DNA from: Candidatus Ozemobacteraceae bacterium
GTDB taxonomy: Bacteria; Muiribacteriota; Ozemobacteria; Ozemobacterales; Ozemobacteraceae
DNA length: 64,000 bases
NCBI GenBank assembly: GCA_965140445.1
Contig: OZ223236.1
Span: forward strand, 3,872,001-3,936,000
Direction: 5' to 3'
Position 1 is the stretch's first letter; every line of letters starts with the position of its first letter. Position numbers and translations under genes: made by a program. Positions 56,011-64,000 of this stretch are shown piece by piece. The notes under the pieces are model-generated. The model ran no database searches. It saw only the letters and a list, made by a program, of their open reading frames with translations, and was not told the origin of the DNA.

Positions 56011-58977
56011 TTAGAATTCGATCTCAGCCACTGTAAACGTTTCTTTACTCTCTTTCAGCCTTAGAGTAACAGATTTTCGCTTCTCTTCCGGACGTCCGTA
56101 ATTAGTATATACATCAACCTGCAGGGTAACAGCTCCAGAAACTTTTTGGGCCTGCGAACCAAAGAAATTAGTCTTAATTGTGTATGTTCCGGTTCTGGCT
56201 TTTTTAAGAAGATACTCCTCAGGACCATAGCCACGGGTAAAGTCTTTTGATACCAGCCCTCCAATTCGGCTAAGCGGATTACTGTAATAAGCCTTTTCTC
56301 CTGTTGGTTCTATTACCCATAAATCCATATCTGTTTGATCTGCGTCCCAGGTCATCACAATTCTTAGATCAAGTTCAAATTGGGTTATTAAAGCACTATC
56401 AACTTTTATTCCCTTTATTGAATCCTTATCTGCTTTCTGAATAATGTTATTTATCTCTTCTAAAGCAATAACTTCTATCTCTCTGAAACGTCCATCCCAG
56501 TTCTTTAAAACAACCTCATAAAGAAGATCAATTGCCTTTTTACTCTCTCCCAGCCTTGCAAGCACCAACGCAAGATCTCTATAAGACTGAGGTTCTTCCG
56601 TTCTAAACTCAAGAACTCTCTCAAATAAAACCTTTGCAGCTGATAGCTCGTCAATTTGTGCCAATCGGTGTGCCAATATTCTTAGCAATGGAGCATTCTC
56701 AATCCCCATTTCAGCGACGTTAGAAAGCACACGAACTGCAGTTTTTTTGTTATCATCTGCAATGAAAATATCTGCACAATCCAGATAAAAAGCAGGAGAA
56801 GTGCCATATTCAACCTTTTCGCCAATATATGCTTTAAACAAAGCCTCGCCTGACAAACTCTTTAATTTTTTTGCATACGGGGTATCAGGTGACCACGCTT
56901 TGATTGCTACACCAGGATTTGGAGTTCTCAAACGCTCTTCTTTGTCAGAATTGCCCTTTTTGGCAGGCCTCACTTCGTCCATTAAGGCAGATTTTGATTC
57001 TAGCGATACAGAATCCATTTCTTCCAATTCTCGCCGATTAATAGAACGCATTGGCTCTGGAGCAGATTGAGGCCTGGTGGATTCAGAAACGGCGCCAAAG
57101 CTATCTTCTGTTGGAGCAGCTCCCCCAAGCATCGGACTTCTATCCTTTTTAATCTTATCAATGCCAGTTGCCTTACTGAAATCGCGGTTCCACCATTCTA
57201 ATCGCCGTTTCCACATTTCAATTACTTTTGCAAGTTTACTAAATTCAAAATCTTTTTTGCTTTGCTCTTTTTCCTCAAGAACTCTGAAATACTCGTCTCT
57301 CCAATCTTTCTTACTTGCTGGTGGAATAATTTTGTGCTCAAGATACTGAGCCACAGTTTCCAGAACAATAAAAGATGTAAAGTTCGTTACAATTCCATGC
57401 TTTTTTGCTATTCGAACAATTTCTTTTTTATTTTTGCTCAGGCTACCACTAAGACCTTCAATTGCTTTACCAGCCCACAGCTTTCTGAGGGTTTCCCCTT
57501 TTCTGGATTCCTCGTCAGAAACCTGAAACTCAAATTCATTTTTCGATGATTCCCCAGTCGCAAAATGAATCTTAAGATTCTCTTTTGAACCATTTTCAAT
57601 TATTCCGTAAAGCATAAATATTGAATCTACAGGTTGTGATTTTGCCGGATAGATATTTGAAAAAACAAGACTTGATGAATCCTGAGGAATATACATAGTC
57701 GGCTTTGAGAAAAATGAATTTTTTATTTGGCTTTTTTCATCCGTCATTAAATTAAAAAGCTTTCCTCCACTTTGATTACAAAGTGCATTCAGCGCAGCAG
57801 AATCTAATGCAATAGAACTTGAAAAAGCAAACACAGGGGCATTTAAGCTTCCAGCCTTTTCTTCGCCAAAATTGCTCATCCCGTCGGTGAAAAGCAAATA
57901 AAAATCTGGTGCTTCGCCAGAAAAATCCTTAACACAACTTAAATTTGTTCCACCATCAAAATCCAGTGCAGAAATTTTATTCTTTAGAAGATTAACCTCT
58001 CCGGCCTTAGTACTGAATGCCAGTTCTGAGTGAAGCTCATTGCTGAACGGAATAATTTCTACATTCGCTGAACTGTCAATCACATCAGATTTGAAAAGAT
58101 AGTCCATGAAATCAAGTTCTTTCACTTGATCTCTATTTTTACCGGATTCAGAAATATCATAGAAAACAACAACCTTACGAGCAGGAGAAACCTTATTTTT
58201 CTGCACCATATGTGGCACTTTCTGTTGAATGCAGAAATAAGTTTTACCATCATTAGATTTCTCCACGAAAACATTCCCCGGAGAAGAATATGGAAAATTA
58301 ATGACAAGTTCTTTTTCCTTATAACCATCGTTGCTATTCAACTCAAGTAGATAACCTTCCGCTTTTTTTACAAATTTAACTTTAGAATTTCTACTATCTA
58401 AAATTTCTGGCTCTTCAAGTTGATTAGGCGCAAAAACTCTGACTCTAAACTTATCTACATCCTTGGAAAAAGACACTGGTAGCCGAAACTGAGCAAATCC
58501 TGAGGAGTCCTTCAGGGAAGTGATAAATGAAATTTTTACTTTGCGGGACTTTCCGGCGGGAATAGGATAAATGCGCGTTCTAAAACTATTTCCTGCCACT
58601 TTTTCAAGAATTGCGGGATCAGCCCCTTTTCTAACTTCTGTTTCAAAAGCTTTTTGAGCTTCTTCCTTTTCAACAGCAACACCATCAATCATTTCACCAT
58701 CAATATCTAATGCAAAACCACTTACAACCGCTCCATCTGGCAAAGGAAAAATCAATTCCCCCTCAAGGGTTCTTGAATTGGGATTGGCAAACTCCATATA
58801 GAAGCTGGTTTCAGCAAGAAAACCTAAGATCTTGGTATCGACCTGAGCCTGCCTTAGTTCTATTTTTTTCAATCCAGGCTCTTTTAATTTAAGCTCTGGA
58901 ACATCAGTCTGTGCAAAGCATTGTTGCATAACAAGCACAAAACAAAAAATTATCAAAACAGGCATAATTTTTTTCAT
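56011..58977 (-). CDS. secreted VIT-vWA-TPR-DUF2135 protein
   Basis: signal peptide; VIT (NPNSRTLEGEL.FPLPDGA.VSGFALDI); MIDAS DISES...GGT...FTDG; EEPQSYRDLA; DLRIVMTWD...DMDLWV.EP...GYGPEEY. Confidence 0.85.
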   Translation of the reverse strand: MKKIMPVLIIFCFVLVMQQCFAQTDVPELKLKEPGLKKIELRQAQVDTKILGFLAETSFYMEFANPNSRTLEGELIFPLPDGAVVSGFALDIDGEMIDGVAVEKEEAQKAFETEVRKGADPAILEKVAGNSFRTRIYPIPAGKSRKVKISFITSLKDSSGFAQFRLPVSFSKDVDKFRVRVFAPNQLEEPEILDSRNSKVKFVKKAEGYLLELNSNDGYKEKELVINFPYSSPGNVFVEKSNDGKTYFCIQQKVPHMVQKNKVSPARKVVVFYDISESGKNRDQVKELDFMDYLFKSDVIDSSANVEIIPFSNELHSELAFSTKAGEVNLLKNKISALDFDGGTNLSCVKDFSGEAPDFYLLFTDGMSNFGEEKAGSLNAPVFAFSSSIALDSAALNALCNQSGGKLFNLMTDEKSQIKNSFFSKPTMYIPQDSSSLVFSNIYPAKSQPVDSIFMLYGIIENGSKENLKIHFATGESSKNEFEFQVSDEESRKGETLRKLWAGKAIEGLSGSLSKNKKEIVRIAKKHGIVTNFTSFIVLETVAQYLEHKIIPPASKKDWRDEYFRVLEEKEQSKKDFEFSKLAKVIEMWKRRLEWWNRDFSKATGIDKIKKDRSPMLGGAAPTEDSFGAVSESTRPQSAPEPMRSINRRELEEMDSVSLESKSALMDEVRPAKKGNSDKEERLRTPNPGVAIKAWSPDTPYAKKLKSLSGEALFKAYIGEKVEYGTSPAFYLDCADIFIADDNKKTAVRVLSNVAEMGIENAPLLRILAHRLAQIDELSAAKVLFERVLEFRTEEPQSYRDLALVLARLGESKKAIDLLYEVVLKNWDGRFREIEVIALEEINNIIQKADKDSIKGIKVDSALITQFELDLRIVMTWDADQTDMDLWVIEPTGEKAYYSNPLSRIGGLVSKDFTRGYGPEEYLLKKARTGTYTIKTNFFGSQAQKVSGAVTLQVDVYTNYGRPEEKRKSVTLRLKESKETFTVAEIEF

Positions 58978-59033
58978 TGGGGAACCCCTTTAGGTAATCT
59001 TAAAAATACGAACGCAGTAAATCTCAATCGGAT

Positions 59034-59606
59034 TTATTTTGTTTTTAAATCAATATCTTTTGAAAGCTCTATCGGATCAAATGTCTGCCCCAAAAGGCTT
59101 TTTAGAAGTTTGACGCGCGCAAATGAGGCTAGAGAAAGCTTCTCTCCTGCAGTTCCTACCAGCCAGGCATTATTTTTTCTGAAAAAGAAAAACTCCACCA
59201 ACTCTTTTGCCGTCTCATGTTTTATCTTTTTGGAAGCCTCCCTGGACATGGCTAAAATTTTGCCCAATTCTTCAAACTTAAAAATTTTCCTTTTTCCAAT
59301 GTCCATCTTGCTTTTCTTAAGACTCAGGCTCATACAATTGTAAAAGGTTTTTTCGAATTTCTTCCCAAAGTGCTTATAAAATATTCCTGCAGCAACGCCT
59401 TTAACAATCAAATTTTCACTATTTAATGCAGAACTTAAGTATTTTAGGCCAATTCCTTGAGGAGGGGCTTCAAAAAATCGAGAAATACTATTGATTTCAA
59501 GAATATCTTTTGATTCTAAAAATGCACCAGAAAGAGAAGCAGGAATAGTGCATAGCACTAACATTACTGCCCAAAAAATACTCTTTCGGTTAATCAAGCT
59601 TTTCAT
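59034..59606 (-). CDS. secreted hypothetical protein
   Basis: signal-like N-terminus; start overlaps the upstream DUF4258 gene. Confidence 0.55.
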   Translation of the reverse strand: MKSLINRKSIFWAVMLVLCTIPASLSGAFLESKDILEINSISRFFEAPPQGIGLKYLSSALNSENLIVKGVAAGIFYKHFGKKFEKTFYNCMSLSLKKSKMDIGKRKIFKFEELGKILAMSREASKKIKHETAKELVEFFFFRKNNAWLVGTAGEKLSLASFARVKLLKSLLGQTFDPIELSKDIDLKTK

Positions 59607-59865
59607 AGGGATAGCATACAGTAATAACCTTAGGAATTTCCATATCTTTTACAACTACCTTAATAAAATCACCGTTGAATCGCTCCCCAATAATAGCAAA
59701 CTTGGTACCGTTATATTCTTTCCAGGTCTTGGCAACTCTACCGTTAATAATTGCGTCTTCCACCTGACGAATATAGATTTCCCTTGCAACCATTTGATCA
59801 TAAGCATGCCGGGTCATTTCATAGTCGCCCGTTGCCACAAGTTTTGCAATTCTTCTTCTTCCCAT
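59590..59865 (-). CDS. DUF4258 domain protein (RelE-like fold)
   Basis: TRHAYDQM..REI....VEDAIING...IKVVV...VITVCYP; start ATG 59865 after GAGGGA. Confidence 0.75.
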   Translation of the reverse strand: MGRRRIAKLVATGDYEMTRHAYDQMVAREIYIRQVEDAIINGRVAKTWKEYNGTKFAIIGERFNGDFIKVVVKDMEIPKVITVCYPYEKLD

Positions 59866-59883
59866 CGCTATCCCTCGGAACAA

Positions 59884-62715
59884 TTACTCCAATTCAGCAA
59901 ACAAGCTGCTATCCGGCTTTTTGTTAAGATAGTTTAACCAGTCCTCTGAAACATCAGGAGGAGCTTGTATTTCATTAAGATCATTAAACATAGTGGTTTC
60001 TAAAACATCCACACTATTTAATTCTTCAACCCCAACAGTGTCAATAGAAATTTGCCCATCTACCGCCGATTCCAAAGTCATTTCAGAATCACTTACAGGA
60101 ATATTCGAAACTTCTATTGGGGTCTCATTTTCAATCGGTTCATTTGTCGTGCCTTGTGTAGCTTCAGAAACAATTGTAGATTCTTCTGTGAGCTGCCTCT
60201 CAGATTCTATTTTTGGCTCAACAGCAAGCATTTCACCATAAAATCTGGAACTGGCAATTTGTCGGGATTTTAGATTTTCAATGGCTTCAAGCGCAAGTTT
60301 TCTTATTTCTTCATCTTCCTCATTTACGATCTTTTCGACCACAAAACACAACTCTTCAAACAAATCCCCTGAAACATACTTAAGCTTGCAAATCTTTTCC
60401 AAACCGCTTTTAACAACTGCAAAATCATATTGGTTAATCTCATTTGCAATAATTCCATACAAAGCAGCCTGGTCATCCAGATAAGCCCGAAAAAGTTTAT
60501 CAACCTGAAGTGACAAGCCAGAAGCAACTGAAGATTTATAAATATCAAGTGCCAAATCAAAACGGCCAGTACACACCAGAACTCGCCACAAATTCCACCA
60601 TAACTCGTCTTTCTGCGTTGCTTCCCAGGCTTTCTCAATAAGAAAAATACCCTCTTCAGGAATCAAATTAGCTGGCAATTCAAGAAAAGACTTTCCGATA
60701 AGTGAAAACATGTTTTTATCATCCGGAAAGCTTTCTAGATAAAGTTTTAAAAAACTAATATCTTCAACTTTTACCTCTCCGCTACTTTTTAAAAAAGTGC
60801 CCGTTTTTTCAATTAAAGAAAGGTTTTTTGGATTTAGAAGTGAATGCAAAATTAATAATTTCAATTCATCTTCACTTAGATTTGGTTTTCTTGCATATAT
60901 TCTTCCCAATGCATTTATGGCAATTGCGGAATCTGGAGAAATCTCCAGCAGGTTTTCAGCATACCTGCAAACCTTATCTGTATTCTTAATTTTCTGAGCG
61001 CATTTAATCATTAATTCGAAGATTTTGATGCGATCACTTTTATTGTTAAAAGACCCAAAACAGCTTTCCATTGATCTCAAAGCAAATGATGGGAAAATAA
61101 AACCAATTAAACTTACCCTGAAAAAATAAGTTGATTCGAACCAGGCAAAAAATGGCTTAATAAGCTTAGCCAATAAAATAAGAAAAATAGCAAAAACAAT
61201 AACAACAAAGGGCCTGCCCCGACCATGAATCCATAGAATCCAACCTGGTCCTGTCAAAAGTTCGGAATTTGGGTTTGCAGAAAAAGCAGCATCATAGAAT
61301 TTTTGTGCGTCATCATATTTTTGATTTGCCAATTTCAGTCTCAGCATCACATAATTCGCATAAAAGCTTTCTGTAGATTTTTCCAAAATCCTTTTTGAGT
61401 CATCTTCAAGCTCCATTGCCTCTTTTAATGCAAGCTTGTAATTCACCATAAGCTTCATTTCCCAAACATCTACCAACCTATCCATGGAGCTCATCAAACC
61501 GGGATTTTTATTCAAATGCAGTCTCAAAAGCTTCCATTGGGATTTTTCAAATAACTCCTGAGCCTTCTTGAATCTCTCCCTAACCTCTATTTTTGACTTA
61601 AAAATGGAGGTTTCAACCTCCTTAAGACGCTCTCGAAACTCAACACTGTCGGAAGAAATAAGCAAAAGCTCTTTTAGAATTCCTTTAATTTTTAATAAAT
61701 CCTGCTCTTCTTCTGCGAATGCCAATTCCTTTTTAAGATTTCTAATCTGAATTCTATAACGGTCATCAACACTCAAACGAGATACAGCAGCATTGTTCTT
61801 GTCGTAATTAATCTGCTTCTCAAGCTCTTTCCCAAATGGATTATTTGGATCAAGCAGCAAAGCCTGCTTGCAAAATTTCATTGCCTCTGCAAAATTCTTT
61901 TCCCGCAGAGACTTTGAAGCCAAACCAAGATTTCGCTCTATTTCTCTTGTTTTCTTTAGCTTCATCTCAAGCTTACTCAAAAGCTCAAAATCTGGTGAAA
62001 AAAATCGAATCTGATCAATCCATTCCACCGCGCCACTTATGTCGCCAGTTGCCAGTGAGACTTCAGCCTTTTCCGCAATAAGCTTTAGCCTTTTTCTGGA
62101 AAGAATTTCCATGTTTTTTAATTGATCTGAATATTCGCCTTTATGATGCTTGCTACTGCAAAGCACCCTAATAATGTGCCAGCGATAAATGGAAAACTCA
62201 GGTACATTTTTGAAACGGTTCTCTATTCGGCAAAGCAAATTATACCAATTTAAGGACAAGTCCAGATTTCCAATCTTCTGCTGCCATTTAAGAAATAAAA
62301 TACAAAAACGCATCAAATCTGTTTCTTTATTCTCTGACTCAAGAAAATCAAGAAGCTTATAATGTGAAAGTAAATTTTCCGGCTGCAATAAAACCAATTC
62401 TTCAAGAGAATTTTGATGTTCTACCTTTTCTTGAGCAGTTAAGGAAGCAATATTTACCTCATAGGTTTCTGAAGCTAAAATCCCACATAATAATTTTTTT
62501 GCACTGGAAGCCGTTTCATCAGCGTAGATCAGCTGCCTAAGTTCTATTTTTGCTGGAAGAAAGGCCCCAGAAGCAATTAACTCCTCCGCATTTGCCAACT
62601 TTTCCGAAAACAAAGACAGCTGTATTACAGAAGAGCTTTCGCTCCCAAATGAAATTCCGATAAAACAAAAGGGAAGCAAAAACAAAAACAGTGCAACTTT
62701 GTAATTTTTATTCAA
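59884..62715 (-). CDS. large TPR-repeat membrane protein
   Basis: signal peptide, TPRs (KQALLLDPNN, AAFSANPN, LLEISPDS), central TM near aa 500, acidic tail. Confidence 0.75.
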   Translation of the reverse strand: MNKNYKVALFLFLLPFCFIGISFGSESSSVIQLSLFSEKLANAEELIASGAFLPAKIELRQLIYADETASSAKKLLCGILASETYEVNIASLTAQEKVEHQNSLEELVLLQPENLLSHYKLLDFLESENKETDLMRFCILFLKWQQKIGNLDLSLNWYNLLCRIENRFKNVPEFSIYRWHIIRVLCSSKHHKGEYSDQLKNMEILSRKRLKLIAEKAEVSLATGDISGAVEWIDQIRFFSPDFELLSKLEMKLKKTREIERNLGLASKSLREKNFAEAMKFCKQALLLDPNNPFGKELEKQINYDKNNAAVSRLSVDDRYRIQIRNLKKELAFAEEEQDLLKIKGILKELLLISSDSVEFRERLKEVETSIFKSKIEVRERFKKAQELFEKSQWKLLRLHLNKNPGLMSSMDRLVDVWEMKLMVNYKLALKEAMELEDDSKRILEKSTESFYANYVMLRLKLANQKYDDAQKFYDAAFSANPNSELLTGPGWILWIHGRGRPFVVIVFAIFLILLAKLIKPFFAWFESTYFFRVSLIGFIFPSFALRSMESCFGSFNNKSDRIKIFELMIKCAQKIKNTDKVCRYAENLLEISPDSAIAINALGRIYARKPNLSEDELKLLILHSLLNPKNLSLIEKTGTFLKSSGEVKVEDISFLKLYLESFPDDKNMFSLIGKSFLELPANLIPEEGIFLIEKAWEATQKDELWWNLWRVLVCTGRFDLALDIYKSSVASGLSLQVDKLFRAYLDDQAALYGIIANEINQYDFAVVKSGLEKICKLKYVSGDLFEELCFVVEKIVNEEDEEIRKLALEAIENLKSRQIASSRFYGEMLAVEPKIESERQLTEESTIVSEATQGTTNEPIENETPIEVSNIPVSDSEMTLESAVDGQISIDTVGVEELNSVDVLETTMFNDLNEIQAPPDVSEDWLNYLNKKPDSSLFAELE

Positions 62716-62802
62716 ACCAATATCCTCTTAAGGTTTATCAAGAACGTCTCTTATGTTAGCATAATAGCAAATATTTTCCATGCTGAGAAAAGAGGAAATC
62801 TG

Positions 62803-64000
62803 ATGAGCATTAAATTTACCAGCTTTGACTCAATGACAAAGCAAAATAAAATTACAGCCTTAATGCATGTAAAAGAACAAAAATCTCAGCGCAAAGATGA
62901 TTACTACTTAACTCTCCACGCCATGCTTTCAAATGACACGCAGGTTTGTCTTGCCGCAAAGATGGTGAGTAGTATTTTTAAGGATCAACCATTTTTTCTT
63001 GATTTATCTGGCTTAACTCAAGATGAAGTAAAAGAAAAAGTTGGAGAATTTATGCGGCAAAATATTGGCTTTGGCCCTGAAATAGTTGCCCTGGATTCTC
63101 GCGATGAAAAGCAGTTATTGTCACAAGAATTACAGAAAAAACAGAAAAAATACGATCTGTTAAAAGAATGGGATGGAAATTTTCCTCCTGGAGCAGCAAT
63201 TTTAAACACCCTGCGGAGAGACACACAGGAGCTGATCAGGTCAGCGCTTTTAAAAGACGAAGAAATTGAAAGGACTTACATTTGTTTTTATAACGAAACG
63301 CTAGAGCCATTTAAGGATTTAAACAGGTCTCTTGACAGCAACTCTGCAACCACAGTTGTTAATCTAAGCAGAATAAGAAACCCGGGACAAATTTCTCCCG
63401 CACTGGAAGGCCTTTTTTCTAATCTTGAGCGTCCAATTTATCTATTAGCCCTTTTCTCATCTAAAAGAGGATTTTTCTTTTTAAGAGATTCCCTTAGAAC
63501 TTCTAATGCTGCAATCACAGCATTTAATTTTCAGCAGGTGATAAATGTAAAAACAACCAAGGACGGACAATGGACAGGAATTGAAATAGAAACACCGCAA
63601 GATCTATTGAAATTCCCAATGATGGAAGCAAAAGATGCCCACGATGCAAGCGTCTTTCTGAGAGAAAAAAGTGTAGAGTCAATTGAAGCCGAAGAAGGTT
63701 TTATTGAAAGGGACTTTGAAAAAGAACTCAAAAAACTTGATATGCTTTTTAAAGCAAAAGCATTAAAAAATAGCGAATACATATTCAGAAAATCCAGACT
63801 CCAGAAAATGGAATTAGAAAAGTTCTCAGACGCCAATATTGAGCTGCTTCTTGCTAAAAGATTTTCAAATTCTGAGATGGGCGAATCCTTTGATCAACAA
63901 CTTCTGAACAAGTTTACTTTTGAAAAGACCATTATGTTCACAGACATCGTTGGCTTTTCGTTAAAAGCTTCGGAAAAGCGCTTACTGGACACCATGACCC
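62803..64000 (+). CDS. partial CDS missing from the ORF track: PH-like domain, SHOCT and class III cyclase
   Basis: GAGG RBS, ATG 62803, open to the window end (399 codons); FEKELKKLDMLFKAKALKNSEYIFRKSRL; EKTIMFTDIVGFS. Confidence 0.8.
   Translation, partial: MSIKFTSFDSMTKQNKITALMHVKEQKSQRKDDYYLTLHAMLSNDTQVCLAAKMVSSIFKDQPFFLDLSGLTQDEVKEKVGEFMRQNIGFGPEIVALDSRDEKQLLSQELQKKQKKYDLLKEWDGNFPPGAAILNTLRRDTQELIRSALLKDEEIERTYICFYNETLEPFKDLNRSLDSNSATTVVNLSRIRNPGQISPALEGLFSNLERPIYLLALFSSKRGFFFLRDSLRTSNAAITAFNFQQVINVKTTKDGQWTGIEIETPQDLLKFPMMEAKDAHDASVFLREKSVESIEAEEGFIERDFEKELKKLDMLFKAKALKNSEYIFRKSRLQKMELEKFSDANIELLLAKRFSNSEMGESFDQQLLNKFTFEKTIMFTDIVGFSLKASEKRLLDTMT

Noticed and set aside
4068..62081. Numerous 60-160 aa ORFs nested in or antisense to long genes
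   Set aside because: No SD, motifs or independent support; treated as shadow ORFs
63018..63836. Two minus-strand ORFs at the window end
   Set aside because: Antisense shadows of the plus-strand cyclase gene starting at 62803
1..64000. CRISPR array, rRNA, tRNA, IS/transposase, integrase, prophage
   Set aside because: No regularly spaced repeats, cloverleaf/rRNA signatures or recombinase motifs seen by eye; tRNAscan/Rfam/CRISPR finders were not run

Overview
AT-rich bacterial chromosomal segment from a probable diderm organism (it encodes a signal-peptide beta-barrel protein; the lineage cannot be determined from the window). It holds about 55 CDS and many intrinsic terminators. I found no rRNA, tRNA, CRISPR array or transposase. 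Recognisable content: three ABC-F ribosome ATPases (Uup, YbiT/YkpA, EttA), a YeeE/YedE-rhodanese-persulfide dioxygenase sulfur cluster, a two-gene fused glucose-family PTS, a sugar ABC binding protein fused to its permease, a putative vitamin B6 salvage operon, a SET protein, a CASTOR/POLLUX-like channel and three nucleotide cyclases. Best candidates for new biology: (i) a sigma28/SigD-type promoter ahead of a 58-aa ORF, an HDAC-fold protein lacking two Zn ligands and the catalytic Tyr, and a LysM2-Pro-rich-beta-barrel protein; (ii) an unannotated sigma54-type unit encoding a 46-aa peptide; (iii) a TPR/DUF4258/VIT-vWA cluster bracketed by two class III cyclases with unusual fusions (RDD; PH-like plus SHOCT); (iv) an AT-rich diadenylate-cyclase islet with a DUF2442 pseudogene; (v) a HisRS-catalytic-domain paralog. 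All family calls come from motif recognition by eye, not from database searches.
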